From: Sphaerodactylus townsendi
Lineage: Eukaryota
Direction: 5' to 3'
DNA: 64,000 bases
Assembly: GCF_021028975.2 (NCBI RefSeq)
Contig: NC_059426.1
Location: 30,752,001-30,816,000, forward strand
A program made the translations under genes and the position numbers. Below are positions 47,902-62,100 of the stretch, piece after piece; positions within the stretch are counted from its first letter, which is position 1, and the number at the start of each line of letters is the position of its first letter. The notes beneath the pieces were generated by a model that did not search any database, was not told the DNA's origin, and worked only from the letters and a program-made list of their open reading frames with translations.

Positions 47902-48370
47902 CTTTTAAAGACATCGGGGCAAAAATTTAATGACAAAAAGAAAGAAAGAAAGAATGTTAACTTGGTACATTATGTTACAAATGATCAATATTTAAAAGAC
48001 ATTACAAGCTGTAGTTCAGATTCAACACATTTAAAAACTCGTTAAAAGCCTCAAATTAAAGAATCTTGAATGTGAAGCATTTTAATGATAAATATTGGGT
48101 TGGCTCCAAACTAACACTGGAATGTCTGCTGATACCCCTTTTCACTGCAGATCCCCACCCCTCTGTGTACTTCCTTGGGGTCTCCTGTCCTCCATTTTGT
48201 GGAGATCAATGGGCTGAGTGGGGGGTGGGGGAGGCAGGAAAGTGCCACTCTGCCACTGGTAAATTTAATTTGGATCCAACTCATTAAATGAGTTTAGTTG
48301 TCAATGAATATATCCGCGTCTAAATTTTCACTTTTGACTGTAGGTGGCGCTCACATCACTGATTGCTTCA

Positions 48371-48761
48371 CAGTGGCGAAGCCACCAGGGGATGGGGTGT
48401 GTGCAACGCACCGGGCGCATTATTTCTAGTCACGTGGGGGCGAAAAAATCCCCCTCCCCCGCACTTCCCCGCGGCGCCCCCCCCCCCTTGCGGCAACCAC
48501 CCCAGTTACTTTTAGGAATGGAGAAGGTCCGGAAGCCTGCCTGCATTGCCTGGGCCTGGTGGGAACTACATTTCCCAGAGTCTCCTGGGAAATGTAGTTC
48601 CCACCAGGCCCAGGCAACGCAGGCAGGCTTCCGGCCTTCTTCTCCGGCCTGCTCCTTTCCTACAAGTAATTGGGGTGGGGTGTGCGAAGGGGGGCTCCGT
48701 GGGGGGGGGGCGCAAAAGCCAGAGTGTGCACCAGGCACACTCTGGTCTAGCTACGTCTCTG
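48371..48761. mobile_element. Non-autonomous hAT-like element with internal palindrome
   Basis: 8-bp TSD ttgcttca at 48363-48370 and 48762-48769. Internal inverted repeat about 48523-48640. Confidence 0.82.
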
Positions 48762-49799
48762 TTGCTTCACCATCAGAAATCATTCTCTGAATGACTAGAC
48801 TACAGCACTTGTGGCTGTCATTCTGAATTTCTACGTACAACAGAGAAGCATTCAGTCTTGTCAGCCTCCACCTGCAGTATGGAGTGCTACACACCAGATG
48901 CCAATTGACCATCTTGAGAGAAACAGCAATACTCTCTCAACAGAGGGGAGAATTTGCTGCCCACCTACAGAAGCCTAATTCACCTGACGTTGGTTGGAAT
49001 GTAACCGTAAATAAAACATGCTCACAATATCTTGAATGTGGCTTATAATTAAGCAAAGACGTATTTCAATTGAATGTTTACTTCAGAAGAGGGAGCTGAT
49101 ATACTTCAGAAAAAACAAGTTCAGAAAAAAAAGTCACTCCTCCCAAACTGAGGAACTCAGGCCAGGAACAACAATAACCAACCCAGCACAAAAAGAGAAG
49201 CAACAGAGGTGATAAGAGAAACAGAATATTTGTGAAGGCAAGCAGTCCTCAACATTGTACTGGCTGATAGCTACAACTAGTTGCAGGCAGCAAACTTAGT
49301 GGTATTTTGTGTTCTCACAGTATTTTCAATCTTTTCATGACAATAAAGAAGAACATGTCTTAGGGCCTTTTCAAAGAACCCTCTCATACCTGAGATGAAG
49401 AGGAAATAGGACTCAAGAGTTCCAGACATTCCTACCATCACCACGGACAGTTGTCAATGAGTTCAGAAGATCTGGTTAACCCACTGTGAGAGTTCAGCAA
49501 AGCCTACAAAATCTAGGATGTCTGATCTCATCAATGCATGTATCCTGAGGTCAAAGGCTTCCGGGAGGGGGATAAAGTAAGTGAAAGTCGCCATCTGTTT
49601 TTGAGCTCTTATACTGTTTTAAAATTTTATACTGTTTCAAATTATTTATTAAAACTGTTTCTGTTTTATTATAATAGTTTTTATTTTTGTTGCTGCCCTG
49701 AGCCCTTCGGGGGTAGGGCGGGGTAAAAATCTAAGTAATAAATAAATCAAAGTAGTATCTGAACAAACTCCTGGTAACTGTGGGCATTCAGCAAGGGCT

Positions 49800-49930
49800 G
49801 TTGTTTGGCTGGTTGTGGTGCCACAGATGCAGATGAAACGTTAGGAACAAGACCTACCAGACCACGGTCACACAGCCCAGAAAACCCACCACAACCAGTT
49901 GAATCCAGCCATGAAAGCCTTTGACAGTGT
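49800..49930 (+). mobile_element. Penelope-like terminal fragment, 5'-truncated hammerhead half
   Basis: gccacagatgcagatgaaacgttaggaacaagacctaccagaccacgg... is the reverse complement of the 71-190 family. Confidence 0.65.
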
Positions 49931-50429
49931 TGTTTGGTTTTTTTTATAAGTTAAGGTGACTTGTTCTACCACAACTGTTCTCAAATGTCGTCAGAACAAG
50001 CATGATATCTGGCCTTTCCCATCTGTTATACCTGCATCCAGACTGTCCTTCAAAAAACAGAATGGTTTACATAGGACTAACAGCCTCCCAATCAGGTATT
50101 GGTCAAATCAGCCCCAATAACGTTATGACATCAGGTGCTACCAGATAATAGTTGCAAAGCCAGTAACATAGCAGATGCTTACCCTAACACACAGTCACAA
50201 CTACTAAAATATTCAAACTTGTTCCACATTATACTTAGAATCCTGTTTACTACTTCCAAAATAAACATATAAGAAAGCAGTTACACTTCAAATAGTTAAA
50301 AGGTACTCATATTTCGAACATGGAAAAGGAGTTAGTCATTTCAACAATTCAAAGTCACAGTTTTGGAATTTAAATTGCAACGACTACCATCCAAATGGTG
50401 AAGAAACACAGTAGCTGCATGATACTCAC

Positions 50430-50517
50430 ATAAAAAACTGTGAACCATTTGTATCTTTCCCTCTGTTGGCCATTGAAAGGAGAAATTCTTTGTTGTGCTT
50501 TACTGCAAAGCTTTCAT
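50430..50517 (-). CDS. PPIG: PPIG coding exon 5
   Basis: ctctag|(D)[30 protein letters not shown]|gtgagt. Confidence 0.96.
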
Positions 50518-51669
50518 CTAGAGAAAGCATTTTGAATTACTTCAGAAATTCATTACCTAGTACGGGTATGTCTTTAGAATTTCAAATCAGGATTGTCAAA
50601 CTGCATAGATGCATGACTGAAGTGCCAAACAGCATTAAAATAAAAACAGTGAGACACACACTATGAATTCTTGGACTAAACGCATGGAAACATCAATAAC
50701 ACATTCGGGGCCTACAAGAAATCACCAAGGGAGGATAAACAATTAGACATCCTCCCACTCAACACTGCAGAGCTAGAAAAACAGTTTCCTGCTCACCTAG
50801 TCCTGAAACTCAGCAATAGAAACTCAGCAACTCAGCAACAGGGCTTACTGCTGAGATTTTAGGTTAAGTGAGTAGGAATCCATCTATCCCTAAACCTGGT
50901 TAGTTCAATGTAGTGACAGGGTCTTTTATGTGCCCCTCCCTATATCATAATCGAGTGTTTTAGGGTGAGAAAATTGAGATGGGGAAGGACATGTTTCATA
51001 GTGCCCTTTCTCAAATCCTATTTTCACCTCTCATTCCAAGCTACTTTAAGATGTCAGGTCAATTTCCCACTGCCACCACCCTTGTCCCTCCCACCGCCCT
51101 TCCCAAGCATTCAGTTGCCCCCAACATCTCACACTTCCTCAAGGGCAGTGAGCATTAAGAGTCCTCATATGAGAACATTTTGGAAGGAGGCTGGTGAATT
51201 TCTTGGTTCTCCCCCCTACCCCCACCCCGAGAATCTCATCATTATGGAGAATATCTCCCCTGTCTGAAGGTAGCTTGCTTTGCTACTCTGCTGACCTTCA
51301 AACTCCCTATTAGATATAGTGATTATTTTCTTACAAACTTTTTTGTTGAATCAAGGTTATCATATGGTGCATGGATGCTTAAGGGGACATTTCTTGGAAT
51401 GCAATATTTAATGGCATACTTCATATTTGTAATACAAGCAGTCCAGTTTGTTTTTCTAAAAACAAACTCATAATTTTGGCTTGTGTGTTATATACAAAAA
51501 ATGACGATAATTTTAGAAAATGGACTTAGAAAACTGACTATTTAAGCAAAACCTACATAAAAGATGAATAATTCTGAAATTTAAAACTGCACAGATCAGA
51601 AATTCCAAGCATTTGTGCGAGCGTAGTCTTGAGCAATACCCTGGCTTATAAAAAGTTCTAAATCATAAT

Positions 51670-52228
51670 TGGGGTGTGCAAAAAAAAAATCAGTAAAATT
51701 CAGATTTGGGTCTAACGGACCTGAAGTGTTTCAGTATCTGAATTCCTGGGAAAAACAACTCAATTGCACCCAAATCCAACTTTTACTGCCCCTCCATTTT
51801 CCCTACCCCATCTCCCTCGATTTGCCTGGGCCCCAGCACCACTGCAACAGGCACAGAGCTACCACCAAACCCCATGTGGAGACTGAAAGCAGTGGCAGCC
51901 TGCACTATCTACTACCTCTGAGCCACAAGTGGAGCGGGCAACTTATAGCTCTGCCACCAACCAGCTCCTAGCCCCACATGGACTTGGCAGCAGCAGGGGA
52001 GTTCTGCACCAGCCTTGGCCAGCCATAAATAAGGGATGGGGAAGGACTGAGAGAATTCCCCCACAGTATTCTTTACTAAAATGGCAGCAAGCCAAAGCAG
52101 CCCGAATAATGCCCAAACATTCTATGTGATTCCGGGACCTGTTGTTTGTCTCTCTTTAAATTGCCACCGGGGGGGGGGGGGGGGATTTTTTCGGAGTGGG
52201 TGCAGGTTTGCTCAACCGCACAACCCTA
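51670..52228. mobile_element. Non-autonomous hAT-like element
   Basis: Ends tggggtgtgc / gcacaacccta, with flanks atcataat / gtcataat (8-bp TSD, 1 mismatch). Confidence 0.65.
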
Positions 52229-52879
52229 GTCATAATGGCTCGCTCCTCATGTAGCTTTAATAAAAACCTAAACGCAACCACAAAAACCAAGTTTTCAAAA
52301 AGCACCAAGTTCAGTTCTGTCTAAACAGTAAGTATCAGCAGCCAGCCACTTACAGCTCACCAAGAGAAATATTAAGAAACTGTAAGGTCCAATTCTCTGC
52401 CTTGCTTGGAACAACTTCCACTGACTGATGCTTTTTGCCTGCTCATTTTGAGGGCTTTGAAGATTGGAATGATGTTCTATGTTTTCTCTTAAGATGCCCA
52501 AGTATATGGAGTGTTTCCACTGGGCAAAAAAGTAAGCAACTTTAGATAGGTAAGGAATAAAATGGTGCAATGCCCTTAAAAGGGGAAATACATTCTCTAG
52601 AGAGAAAAAAGAAGTTTTACTGAGCAGGAACTATGGTGCAAAGCAAGTCAATGTATTATGAATTGTACCTATGCAGAGAAAGCTTAAAAGGTATAGAGAG
52701 GCTTCTAAACAACCCAAAATGCTGAAAGTTCGACACACCCCTTCTAAGTCCCAATGATATGGCAAGCTATGACCCACAACTTTACCTGGAGATATGAACC
52801 CACAGAATACAATTCACCCAGTATAATTTTTAAACCAATAGTTATGATAGGATAATGCAGGCTGATAGATTATTCTTAC

Positions 52880-52924
52880 CTTCAAAAAAGCCACCATAAA
52901 TGGATTCTCCTCCTCTCCCATTTC
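52880..52924 (-). CDS. PPIG: PPIG coding exon 4 (45 nt)
   Basis: aaaag|(G)NGRGGESIYGGFFE G|gtaaga. Confidence 0.95.
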
Positions 52925-53212
52925 CTTTTATTAAGAAATAAATCATATTATAAATAAAATTAATGACTGCACGTCATGTAAATTACAACATGTATCTATT
53001 CATTTTAAAATATTATTTTATTATAGGTAAAATATCTGTGAACTAAGCAAATCTCAAGAGATGGTTGAATAGAAGACAATTGTTCTATATTTCTCAGAAT
53101 TTTAGAAAGATCTGAAACAAGCCAACCAGCATTATTTAAGTGATGTTCTATAAAGTAAATTTAAACACATTTGTACACTTGAAGAAAATTAATTCTAGCA
53201 GTTATGTCTTAC

Positions 53213-53320
53213 CTTCACTGAAGTCACCTCCCTGGACCATGAAATCTTTCACAACTCTGTGAAACAAACAACTTTTGTAATGCAATGGCTTCTGGGTTGA
53301 TTTCCCTGTACCCTTTTCTC
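53213..53320 (-). CDS. PPIG: PPIG coding exon 3
   Basis: ctacag|(G)[36 protein letters not shown]|gtaaga. Confidence 0.96.
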
Positions 53321-54649
53321 CTGTAGTTGGGAAAATAAACAAGTTTAATTTCCTTCTAGCATTAATGGCAGACTGTCAAAGAGTACACTAGCATCAAACT
53401 GGAAATCAGGTTTTGAAAGAGGGGTGTAAAGTAGTAATCACCACCAAAAAAATGGTCCTATAGAAAGGAACTATCTACCCAAATCATGAGAACAGGACTG
53501 GAAATAAATGTTATTTGTTTCAAAGAAGTTTCAATATAATTGCCAGAGGCCAGATAACCAATTACCTACTGACTTCTAATGCCATGTCATACACCGCTTT
53601 CAAATGAACTGGACTTCAACATGAGGAGCTGCTGCTCAAGAAACTCAAGGGCTAAGTCCTGACTCCTTCCACATATGCAGAATAATGCACTTTCAGTTCA
53701 CTTTGCAGCTGGATTTTACTGTGTGGAATAGCAAGATCCACTTGCAAACAATTGTGAAAGTGGATTGAAGGTGCATTATTCTGCATGTGCGGAAGACATG
53801 TAGATGCAGTTGCATGGTTGTCTGGAATGCGGTCCATGTTTTCAGATGCAGGATTTTAAACTGTTAGGTAATAGAGAAAGTAAGCATCGCTTTTAAATAG
53901 GTGAAAGCTTTGTCTTACAGATTAATCCCAAAATTGAGAAGAATACTAATTCCGGATGCTTTGAACATGCATCTTTTTTGCAAGTGCAGTTTATCACAAC
54001 AGAGCCCAACAAAAAATAAGCAGTTTATTTATTCATCCTGTCTTAAGATCTGGAAACAAAATGAAGCAACAACTAGTTCTTCTCAGTCTACTCACAACAA
54101 ACTTACTCAAGACTGCATACTCGGGGTTCTTGTCTTACCTTTTCATTCTCAGCATCTTGTTCTACCTAAAACAGTATTCTTCATGGTCACTATGGAGTCC
54201 CACAACTGGGCAACCCATGACTTTAATACAGGCACAATTCACTTGTGAGACTGCACAGATGTCATCTGAAAGGCATAAGTTACAGCAACCTGCCTTTCCC
54301 AATGAGACCCATGTCTAGCAGAGCCTTTGAGTACCACTGAAACTCAGCGCAATACTACTATTGCCCACCAAAGTCTGTGAAATCCCCCCTCCCACGTCCT
54401 GAAGGCAGACAAAAGGATATTTAAATACGCACACATTTTGCTACATTTCTCATAGTAATATAAAATAGCATGCAGAAATTTATTTTCATTTTTAACAGGC
54501 AAAAAGATCAACAAAGGGATTCATAAAACTAAATTCACTGCATATTTATATTTTTGCTGTAAAATGTACGAAATACGACAGGGAAAAAATAAATTGAGGC
54601 TGATTTCACATTGCAAATTACACATTGGAAGGAAAATGTGTCTACGAAC

Positions 54650-54724
54650 CAGTACAGAGGCAGCGGAAGTTCTCACAAGTCTTTGGGCAAACATCTGAGA
54701 ACAACTCAAAGACTACTCTTCCAG
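54650..54724 (-). CDS. PPIG: PPIG coding exon 2
   Basis: tttag|(A)[25 protein letters not shown]|gttcgt. Confidence 0.96.
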
Positions 54725-54899
54725 CTAAAATAAAAAATAAAAATAAATCAGTAAGGCAATCATGGACGTTTACTAAACATTAAGGAGTTTTACCTAGAGT
54801 TTACTCATAAATAAGATCCATTCACTTGAATTAAACTGAATGGTTTTGAATTTGAGCCACACTGTAACTTAACATGAATATCAACAGAATTTCTCTTAC

Positions 54900-54960
54900 C
54901 AAGTACACTGTTGATGGCTATGTCAAAAAAGCAACGAGGTCTCTGGGTTTTCACTCCCAT
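54900..54960 (-). CDS. PPIG: Peptidyl-prolyl cis-trans isomerase G (SR-cyclophilin), coding exon 1; whole protein 755 aa
   Basis: ttgcag| at 54978, then gaagccATG G = MGVKTQRPRCFFDIAINSVL G|gtaaga. The 12 coding exons sum to 2268 nt. Confidence 0.96.
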
Positions 54961-55671
54961 GGCTTCAAAATTTTATAACTGCAACAGAATTACAAACGAT
55001 AAGTTCTCCATCTCCAATTAGTGAAGAAGTACAGTTCTACTAACTTTGAAGCGTTTGAAAAATAAAAAGGATAACTAAGTTACGCAGCGCTAAGAAATGA
55101 GGAAAACAAAGGTTAAAAAATGGATAGCTTTGCTTTCTTTTGCAGAGATGAGGATATAAGAAACAGTGGCGCAGGTGAACAAAAATATTTGTGTTATAAC
55201 TGTTCCTTTGCTGGCAGGTATGAATACTTGAGGCATCAAAGAATACTTGAGGCTTCCATTCACATGTATTCCTGTTCCTCCTCCAACTTGTGCAGATCAT
55301 TCTTAGAGTAGCTGATTCCACCAGGAATATATGCCTATACAACAAGTACTGGTTAGAGTGCCGGACCTAGTGTCCTGGAGACCCACATTCAAATCTCCAC
55401 TGTGCCACAGAAGTTTCCTGGATGACCTTGAGCCAGTCACATATTTTTACTCTAGCCTACCTTGCAGGGTTGTTGTGAGAACAAAACACAGAAGAGTACA
55501 ATGTATGCCACTTTAGGTTTCCATAGCGGAGATAACCAGGGTATGACTGAAGTAAATATAAAACAAACAAAATATATTCCCATGTAACTGCACTAATCAG
55601 TACTGGACAGCACTACAAGATGAGGATTGTGTGTGCACCAAGAAGTAGGCCATTATATGAAAGTCCTATGG

Positions 55672-56082
55672 CAGTGATGGTGAACCTTTTCAGGATTGAG
55701 TGCCCAAATTGCAACCCAAAAACCACTTATTTATCGCAAAGTGTCAACATGGCAATTTAACCTGAATACTGAGGTTTCAGTTTAGAAAAAACAGTTGGTT
55801 TCGAGGCACATGTTACTTGGAAGTAAGCTTGGTGAAGCAACCGTGCAACGCTTCGAATGGGTGAATCACGACCCTAGGAGGTTTTACTCAGAAGCAAAGC
55901 CCATTGCCAGCAACCGAGCTTACTCCCAGGTAAAGGATCATGCCCAGGCCAGCCTAGGTGTGTGTGTTTGGGGGGGGGGGGTAATTTTCCAAATACCCCA
56001 TGATGAACTCTGTGCACGTGTGCCCACAGAAAGGGCTCTGAGTGCCACCTCTGGCACCTGTGCCATAGGTTCGCCACCACTG
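55672..56082. mobile_element. Non-autonomous hAT element, same family as 29350-29807
   Basis: Same termini. 8-bp TSD tcctatgg on both sides. Confidence 0.88.
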
Positions 56083-56232
56083 TCCTATGGTTTAAACCTT
56101 GAATAAACAGTAGCAACTGTACAGATTAACTTGGATTGTGGACTTGCTGCTTACTACTATTTAGGCCTCATATACAATACAGCTACAACACACAGCACAA
56201 GATGTGCACATAACTGTGTGGAACAGACGTTT

Positions 56233-56521
56233 GAAGAAGAAGAGTTTGGATTTATATCCCACCTTTCTCTCCTGTACGGAGACTCAAAGTGGCTTACAAG
56301 CTCCTTTCCCTTCCTCTCCCCACAACAGACACCTTGTGAGGTAGGTGGAGCTGAGAGACTTCCGAAGAACTGTGACTAGCCCAAGGTCTCCCAGCAGGAA
56401 TGTAGAGTGTGGAAAAACATCTGGTTCACCAGATAAGCCTCTGCCACTCAGGTGGAGGAGTGGAGAATCAAACCCGGTTCTCCAGGTTAGAATCCACCTG
56501 CTCTTAACCACTACACCATGC
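56233..56521 (-). mobile_element. Squam3-like SINE copy
   Basis: Similar to 12068-12360. Confidence 0.85.
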
Positions 56522-57134
56522 AGGATGTTTGCAACCAGAACTCAGTGGACAGAACAAATGATGAGGCTACCATATTTCTTTGGTAGCTTGGCTTCTTCCT
56601 CTCCTACTCCCTGTAAATGCTGATCCCACTGTAGGACCGTATTCTCGTTTAGAAGGAACTTTACCCCCAAACCCAACAATTATAACCTAGAAGGCAGTAA
56701 TAATCACAGAACCATAAAGCATCAACAGTATTATGTACAGCAATGGTGCCAATAATCTATAGCCTGTGAGACATCCTGGCCTTCTCTCAAGGCACAAAAA
56801 TCTATTAGGCTTTAACTCTCCAAAGCTATATTTAAGGGTTGAAAACAAGAATGTTCTGCTGCAAAAATTTCCCGTACGCACGAACCTCACAAAATCCACG
56901 TGCTGAAGTAAGCGACTGAAACATTCTTTAAAAGTTGGGCACAATGGTATTAATACAGTATCATTCCCAAATATGTAGCACAGATTTTTTAACAAAAAGC
57001 TGAGTGATTTTCCAAAGAAGATAGTCTATTTTTGAAGATTCATTAAAGTAACAATAAATAGATGCCACTGCCAATACAATATCAGGCAAATGTGGCAGTT
57101 TCAAAGTTATAACAAGTGTCCTTCACGTGATTAC

Positions 57135-57167
57135 CCTTGAGAATTGTGTGAGGACAAGTATGCTCTC
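57135..57167 (-). other. PPIG: Candidate PPIG 5'UTR exon 2 (33 nt)
   Basis: ttttttccccccttccttgtttacaaatcag|GAGAGC...CAAGG|gtaatc, lying between exon 1 and the ATG exon. Confidence 0.6.
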
Positions 57168-58857
57168 CTGATTTGTAAACAAGGAAGGGGGGAAAAAATT
57201 GACAATTCAAATAAAAATCAAATTATAAAGTGTGCAATACAAATAAAAACCAAAGCCAAAATTCTAATTTATATGCCTCCTTGCATATAGTGGAAGGACT
57301 CTAATCACTAATATGATACAGCGGTAAGGACAAGTCATGCAAGTGGATCCATGCAGTTCTGCTGAATTCGATGAATGGACAAATACATCCGAGACAGATT
57401 CTACATTATTCTTTGAGTAAGCTAAAATTAGTGTCTTAACAATACTCACAGCCCCATCCAGAGCGGGGAAGGCCAAATCCATCAGTGGGAACAGCACATG
57501 GCAGATTTGCCTTTCCCAGGGAGCTTGCCCCAGCAGAGGGGCACACTCACTAGTGTCTGGCTGCCGCTGCCCGCCCTGGTGGTGGGATGCCATGCGGCAT
57601 ACCACGCCAGCATCCCTGCGCCCCTGCCATCAGCACAGCAGGGGCAGTCCCAAAAGGGGCAGCGGAGAAGGAGCCCAATAGGGGCTTCCCAGCAGTAGTG
57701 AGGCTTTTCAGAATTTTAAGTCTTTCCACGCTTTTGGGGGCAGGGAGCCCCTTGGATAGAGTCTGCCGGAGTATTAATTTTTACTTAAATTTATACAGTG
57801 CAAGTGCATACTATAGTGTCTTTAAATATTTACATTATTCTAATATAATAATGTCTACATAAAGTTTTGCATTTGTTTGAACATTTAAATCACACAATTT
57901 TTTACTACTCAAATGCTGCAACTCAAGCATTTGTTGCTATTAGGATATTAATACGGAGATACGATTTCGTTTACTAAGCATAAATATATTACAACACACT
58001 CTATTTAGGGCATCAGATTTCTCTTCTGATTCCTATTTTTCTACAAAACCCACATCAATATAAGGGTATTGATTAGCTCACTTAGTGTATTACTTTGTTA
58101 CATGACTATTTTTGTGAGGGCACAGGACACCAACACAAAAACATTTCTTTGGATAAGCATGTTCTTTTGAGAAAGAAAGAAAATGGAAGTGTGTGGGTCA
58201 ATTATAAAAAGGATGCAACGTATAACTGCTGCCTAGCTAGGTCACTTCTTGGTAACCACAGCTGGGGCTTCAACTGTGGACAAGGGACAGGATTCTTACT
58301 GGCTGAAAACCAATGTTAACTTGTCCTTTCCAACATAAAATGTAGTGTTTTATTGTTAACAAAGTTTTGCTCAGCATACACAAATTATCCTAATTCAAAC
58401 TGTGAACGAGCTTTGGACCTTGAACCAGGATGGATTTGATTTAAATCAGTAACTCAAAATCCCTAAAGGTTTCAGTTTCATTTATATTGCTTGCCCCACC
58501 CTCCTCACATTCAGCTCCTTGTGCAGATCTATTTAACTCCAAACAATCTTCTATTCATTCTTGAAACTTAGCACTTAAGAGGTAAGGGTTGAGTCCGTGT
58601 ACACAGACTTCCAAAGGAACAATGGAATTAAGATCTTTTTCTCAACTATGTATTTTATAACATTTTTACTGTGAAGAGGCATACTATCTCTGCAGACACA
58701 AATTCAGTTTTGAGGACTCAAAGCCAAGCATCTCTGATAATATCTTCTAGTAGGAGATACTGCCCAAAATAATCTAGAAGTGAATGATATTGTAAATGGA
58801 TTAATGGGTCTTATTTACCCAAAATGTAAACATTTCATGAATATACAGTCTCATAAA

Positions 58858-59122
58858 GATAAAGTCCTCTGTTTAAGCACTGGGTCGCCATCACATCATG
58901 ACATTTACTATGCAGACTTTGTTTTTATGGGGTGGTTTGCCATTGCCTCCCCAAGTCATCCACACTTTACCTCCAGCAAGCTGGGTATTCATTTTACCGC
59001 TCTTGGAAGGATGGAAGGCTGAGTCAACTTGAGCTAGTGATGTCAAACTGACTTCTGTAAGGATTGAACTCAGGTCGTGAGCTAAGCTTTGACTGCAGTA
59101 TTACAGCTTACCACTCTGTGCA
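58858..59122 (-). mobile_element. Sauria SINE-like element
   Basis: Contains the diagnostic ctgggtattcattttaccg...ggaaggatggaaggctgagtcaac block. Confidence 0.75.
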
Positions 59123-62100
59123 ATGAGACAGCTCTATAATCTCACACTACATAATTAAAAACTAATTCTTATTTAATGACGAATAATCTTTGGACTACAA
59201 TTTATCTAAATAGCTATTTAAGCTATTGTAGACGGATGTGTCTCCAAAAAAGCATTTTATTTAAAAATCCTATTTAAATTGTTTGAAATCTGACTTTTAA
59301 TTTTTTTAAAAGTCACTGAGTTTTATCCACCCTGCCTTGAACGCATGCGTGAACTCACACAGCAACTTCACCTGAGTAATGTGGCCAGATAGCCTCTCCG
59401 TAAGGTTCATTAGATGTGCCTTTGCCTGATCATCGCGCTTCCAGCTGTGGCCCCAGTAATTAGGAACCACCTTTTTTTGCAGAAAAAATCACAGCTGACT
59501 TATAGCAGGCCCAGAAGGAGGAGGAAGAGTAATTTGGATTTATATACCCCCTTTCTCTCCTAGAAAATCCATCCCGCCCCAACACATGCAACATATAAAA
59601 TATTCAGTCACACACTAAAAATCAATTGCATACACAATCATAGACTTCACAATGTTGGCTTCAACTGATTCCCTTACCAGAAATCCCAATCCTGCAAATA
59701 GTTGCGGATGGTAACTAGGCAACTCACCACAGTGTAATTAGACAAAATTAATAAATTTGAACAATTACACAACTACCTGATGAAAGCTTCCATCTTCCCC
59801 CTCAATGTTTTGATTAACTAAAACCGTTTTAAACTATGCATGGGCAAAGGGAGGAAATTAGTCCTTTAATAGTCAATTTATTCGCTTCGGGGGGGGGGGG
59901 GGACTAGAACACTCGACAGAATACAAATAATTAATGACCACTATCAGATAAATTATTGTGAGAAGGTTCAAGATGCTTAAGAAACCAAAGAATCCTCTGG
60001 ATTCCAGATTCTTGTACTGCATGGTACATAAATAACATGCAAGTCATCATAACTACCGGTATGAGTTCTTCCTACCTATTAGAATAACAGTGTCAAGTTT
60101 GGGTCTAAATGCTTTGTGAAGAGGTAGTTCGTGCAAAGCATAACTTATTTGATTCTAAGATACAGACCTACACCATCAATACCTTAATTTGCCATACACA
60201 AATTACAAGCTGTCAGGAATCTCTGATAATACTGCAGCACAGCTAGCCACCAAATCATAAACCACTTTATGCTCGACCACAATTACCGGTACTTCAGATT
60301 TTGGAGAACACTGGAAATAACTAATAGCACTGTTATTGATACATGGCACCATAGCAGACCAACGTTGCTAACTTAGAGATGCCCTTTCTTAGCTCTTATC
60401 CCCCAAATCCTCTCTTCAACTATCTTTCCTGAGTTCAGTTGAGGAAAATGATACAATGATGACATTTTCATTGTCTGGACTCAGAGGAAGGATACCTTTG
60501 AAAGAATCCATCAGGTTTCACCAATATTCACCCCTACAATCCACCTAAACCTCAGTCAGTTCAAGATAATTTTCTAGACACCACCCCATACATTGAACAT
60601 ATCAGCACCATTTTACCAGAAAACATCCACAATGTGTGATATAATCCACTCACTACAGCCAAGCCCTATATTACAAGTGCATTTTCCTAATTTCTTGGAG
60701 AGAGAGACACCACTGAAGAATTTATAACAGACATTCTGAAGATTATAACAGAAAGTGAAGAAACAGACTGAGGAAGCCAAACTGAACCAAGAATCTCTTT
60801 CTACAAAAGAGGGTCAAAGAGAAAACAAAAACAAAAACAGAACGCTACAGGTTGTCACCCAGAGCTCCATGAATAATCTGTGATCAGTGATATGGAGAAT
60901 CACACTCCTTTCTTGTTGGCCTGGGTGGTAGACCTTTCCTTGCTTGCATCTCCTCAACCTAAAAAAGTGTTATTGTGTATTAATTTAATTCTTTAAATAT
61001 TTTATATACACACTATTTTACATGCTGTTTTAATTTCTTTTAATGTGTTGACTTTGAAATGTTCTGATATTTACCACCTCGGGGACCCTATTTGAGTGAA
61101 TAGGCGGCATTTATTTATCCTCCCAAAAAACACTGTCACAGGATTCAGCAACATCAGCCGACACCAAAAGGGATTCACTCGCTTTTTCATCATCCAATGT
61201 GACATATTACAACACCTGTCAACAACGGTCTTCTCTCTACATAACCCTGACAAACAGGTCAATCTCTATATAAAGTGACATAGGTAAGATTTTTTTAAAA
61301 AGAACGATGTTCAGAAACTACTGGAAGAACATTCCAGCCTCTCAAAAGACAAACAGGCGCAGACCCAAAAGTTGGCATTCTTCAACCAAAGAACTTCAAA
61401 AGGGAGACTCCCAACATGAAACTGGAGAATTAAATTTCATTAAGAAATCTGACTGCATTTAGACATCCCTAAATTGGAATTAGTCAGCTTAGTAAAACTA
61501 GAGAGATAATATTCACACCAATTACTGCTATCATGAGCAGTCACTTTACATGGAGCCCAGCTGCATTTTACATAATAATGTCAAACCCTAGACTTGAGAC
61601 TTTTCGATCCTGCTTGCAATTCCCCCACTCCATGCCAAATTATGTCAGCCAACTGGATCCATCTCAGGCATAGATATTACTGCGTCCTAAGGAGCTGCAG
61701 TTTTGCTTTTGTCTTTTTCATGGCCTCCATACCCCGAGCCAGCACTGCCCCTTTAGTGTCCACCCTCAGACCTATCTGCAAGTCAGTCAATTTGAAGCCC
61801 CATCAATGTATAAGCAAGGTTAAATATTTTTTGCCTCAACATACATCACTTTACATTCACTTGGCCAAACTACATGAGAAACTGGAGATCCATGCTACGT
61901 TCTCTCATCTCCCTAATTTTTAATCACTACCTTCAGCAAGAAAGAAGGACTGAATAGGGACTGTGGTATGATGCTCATGGGAGGATTTCACACCTGGTTC
62001 TCAATAAACCAAGCTCCAATTTGCCTGGAGTCGCTTGAGGGGGAAAGGGAAGAGATAATTTTGCTCTGGAAACAGTGTGTGTGGGGTGGGTGGAGATAAA

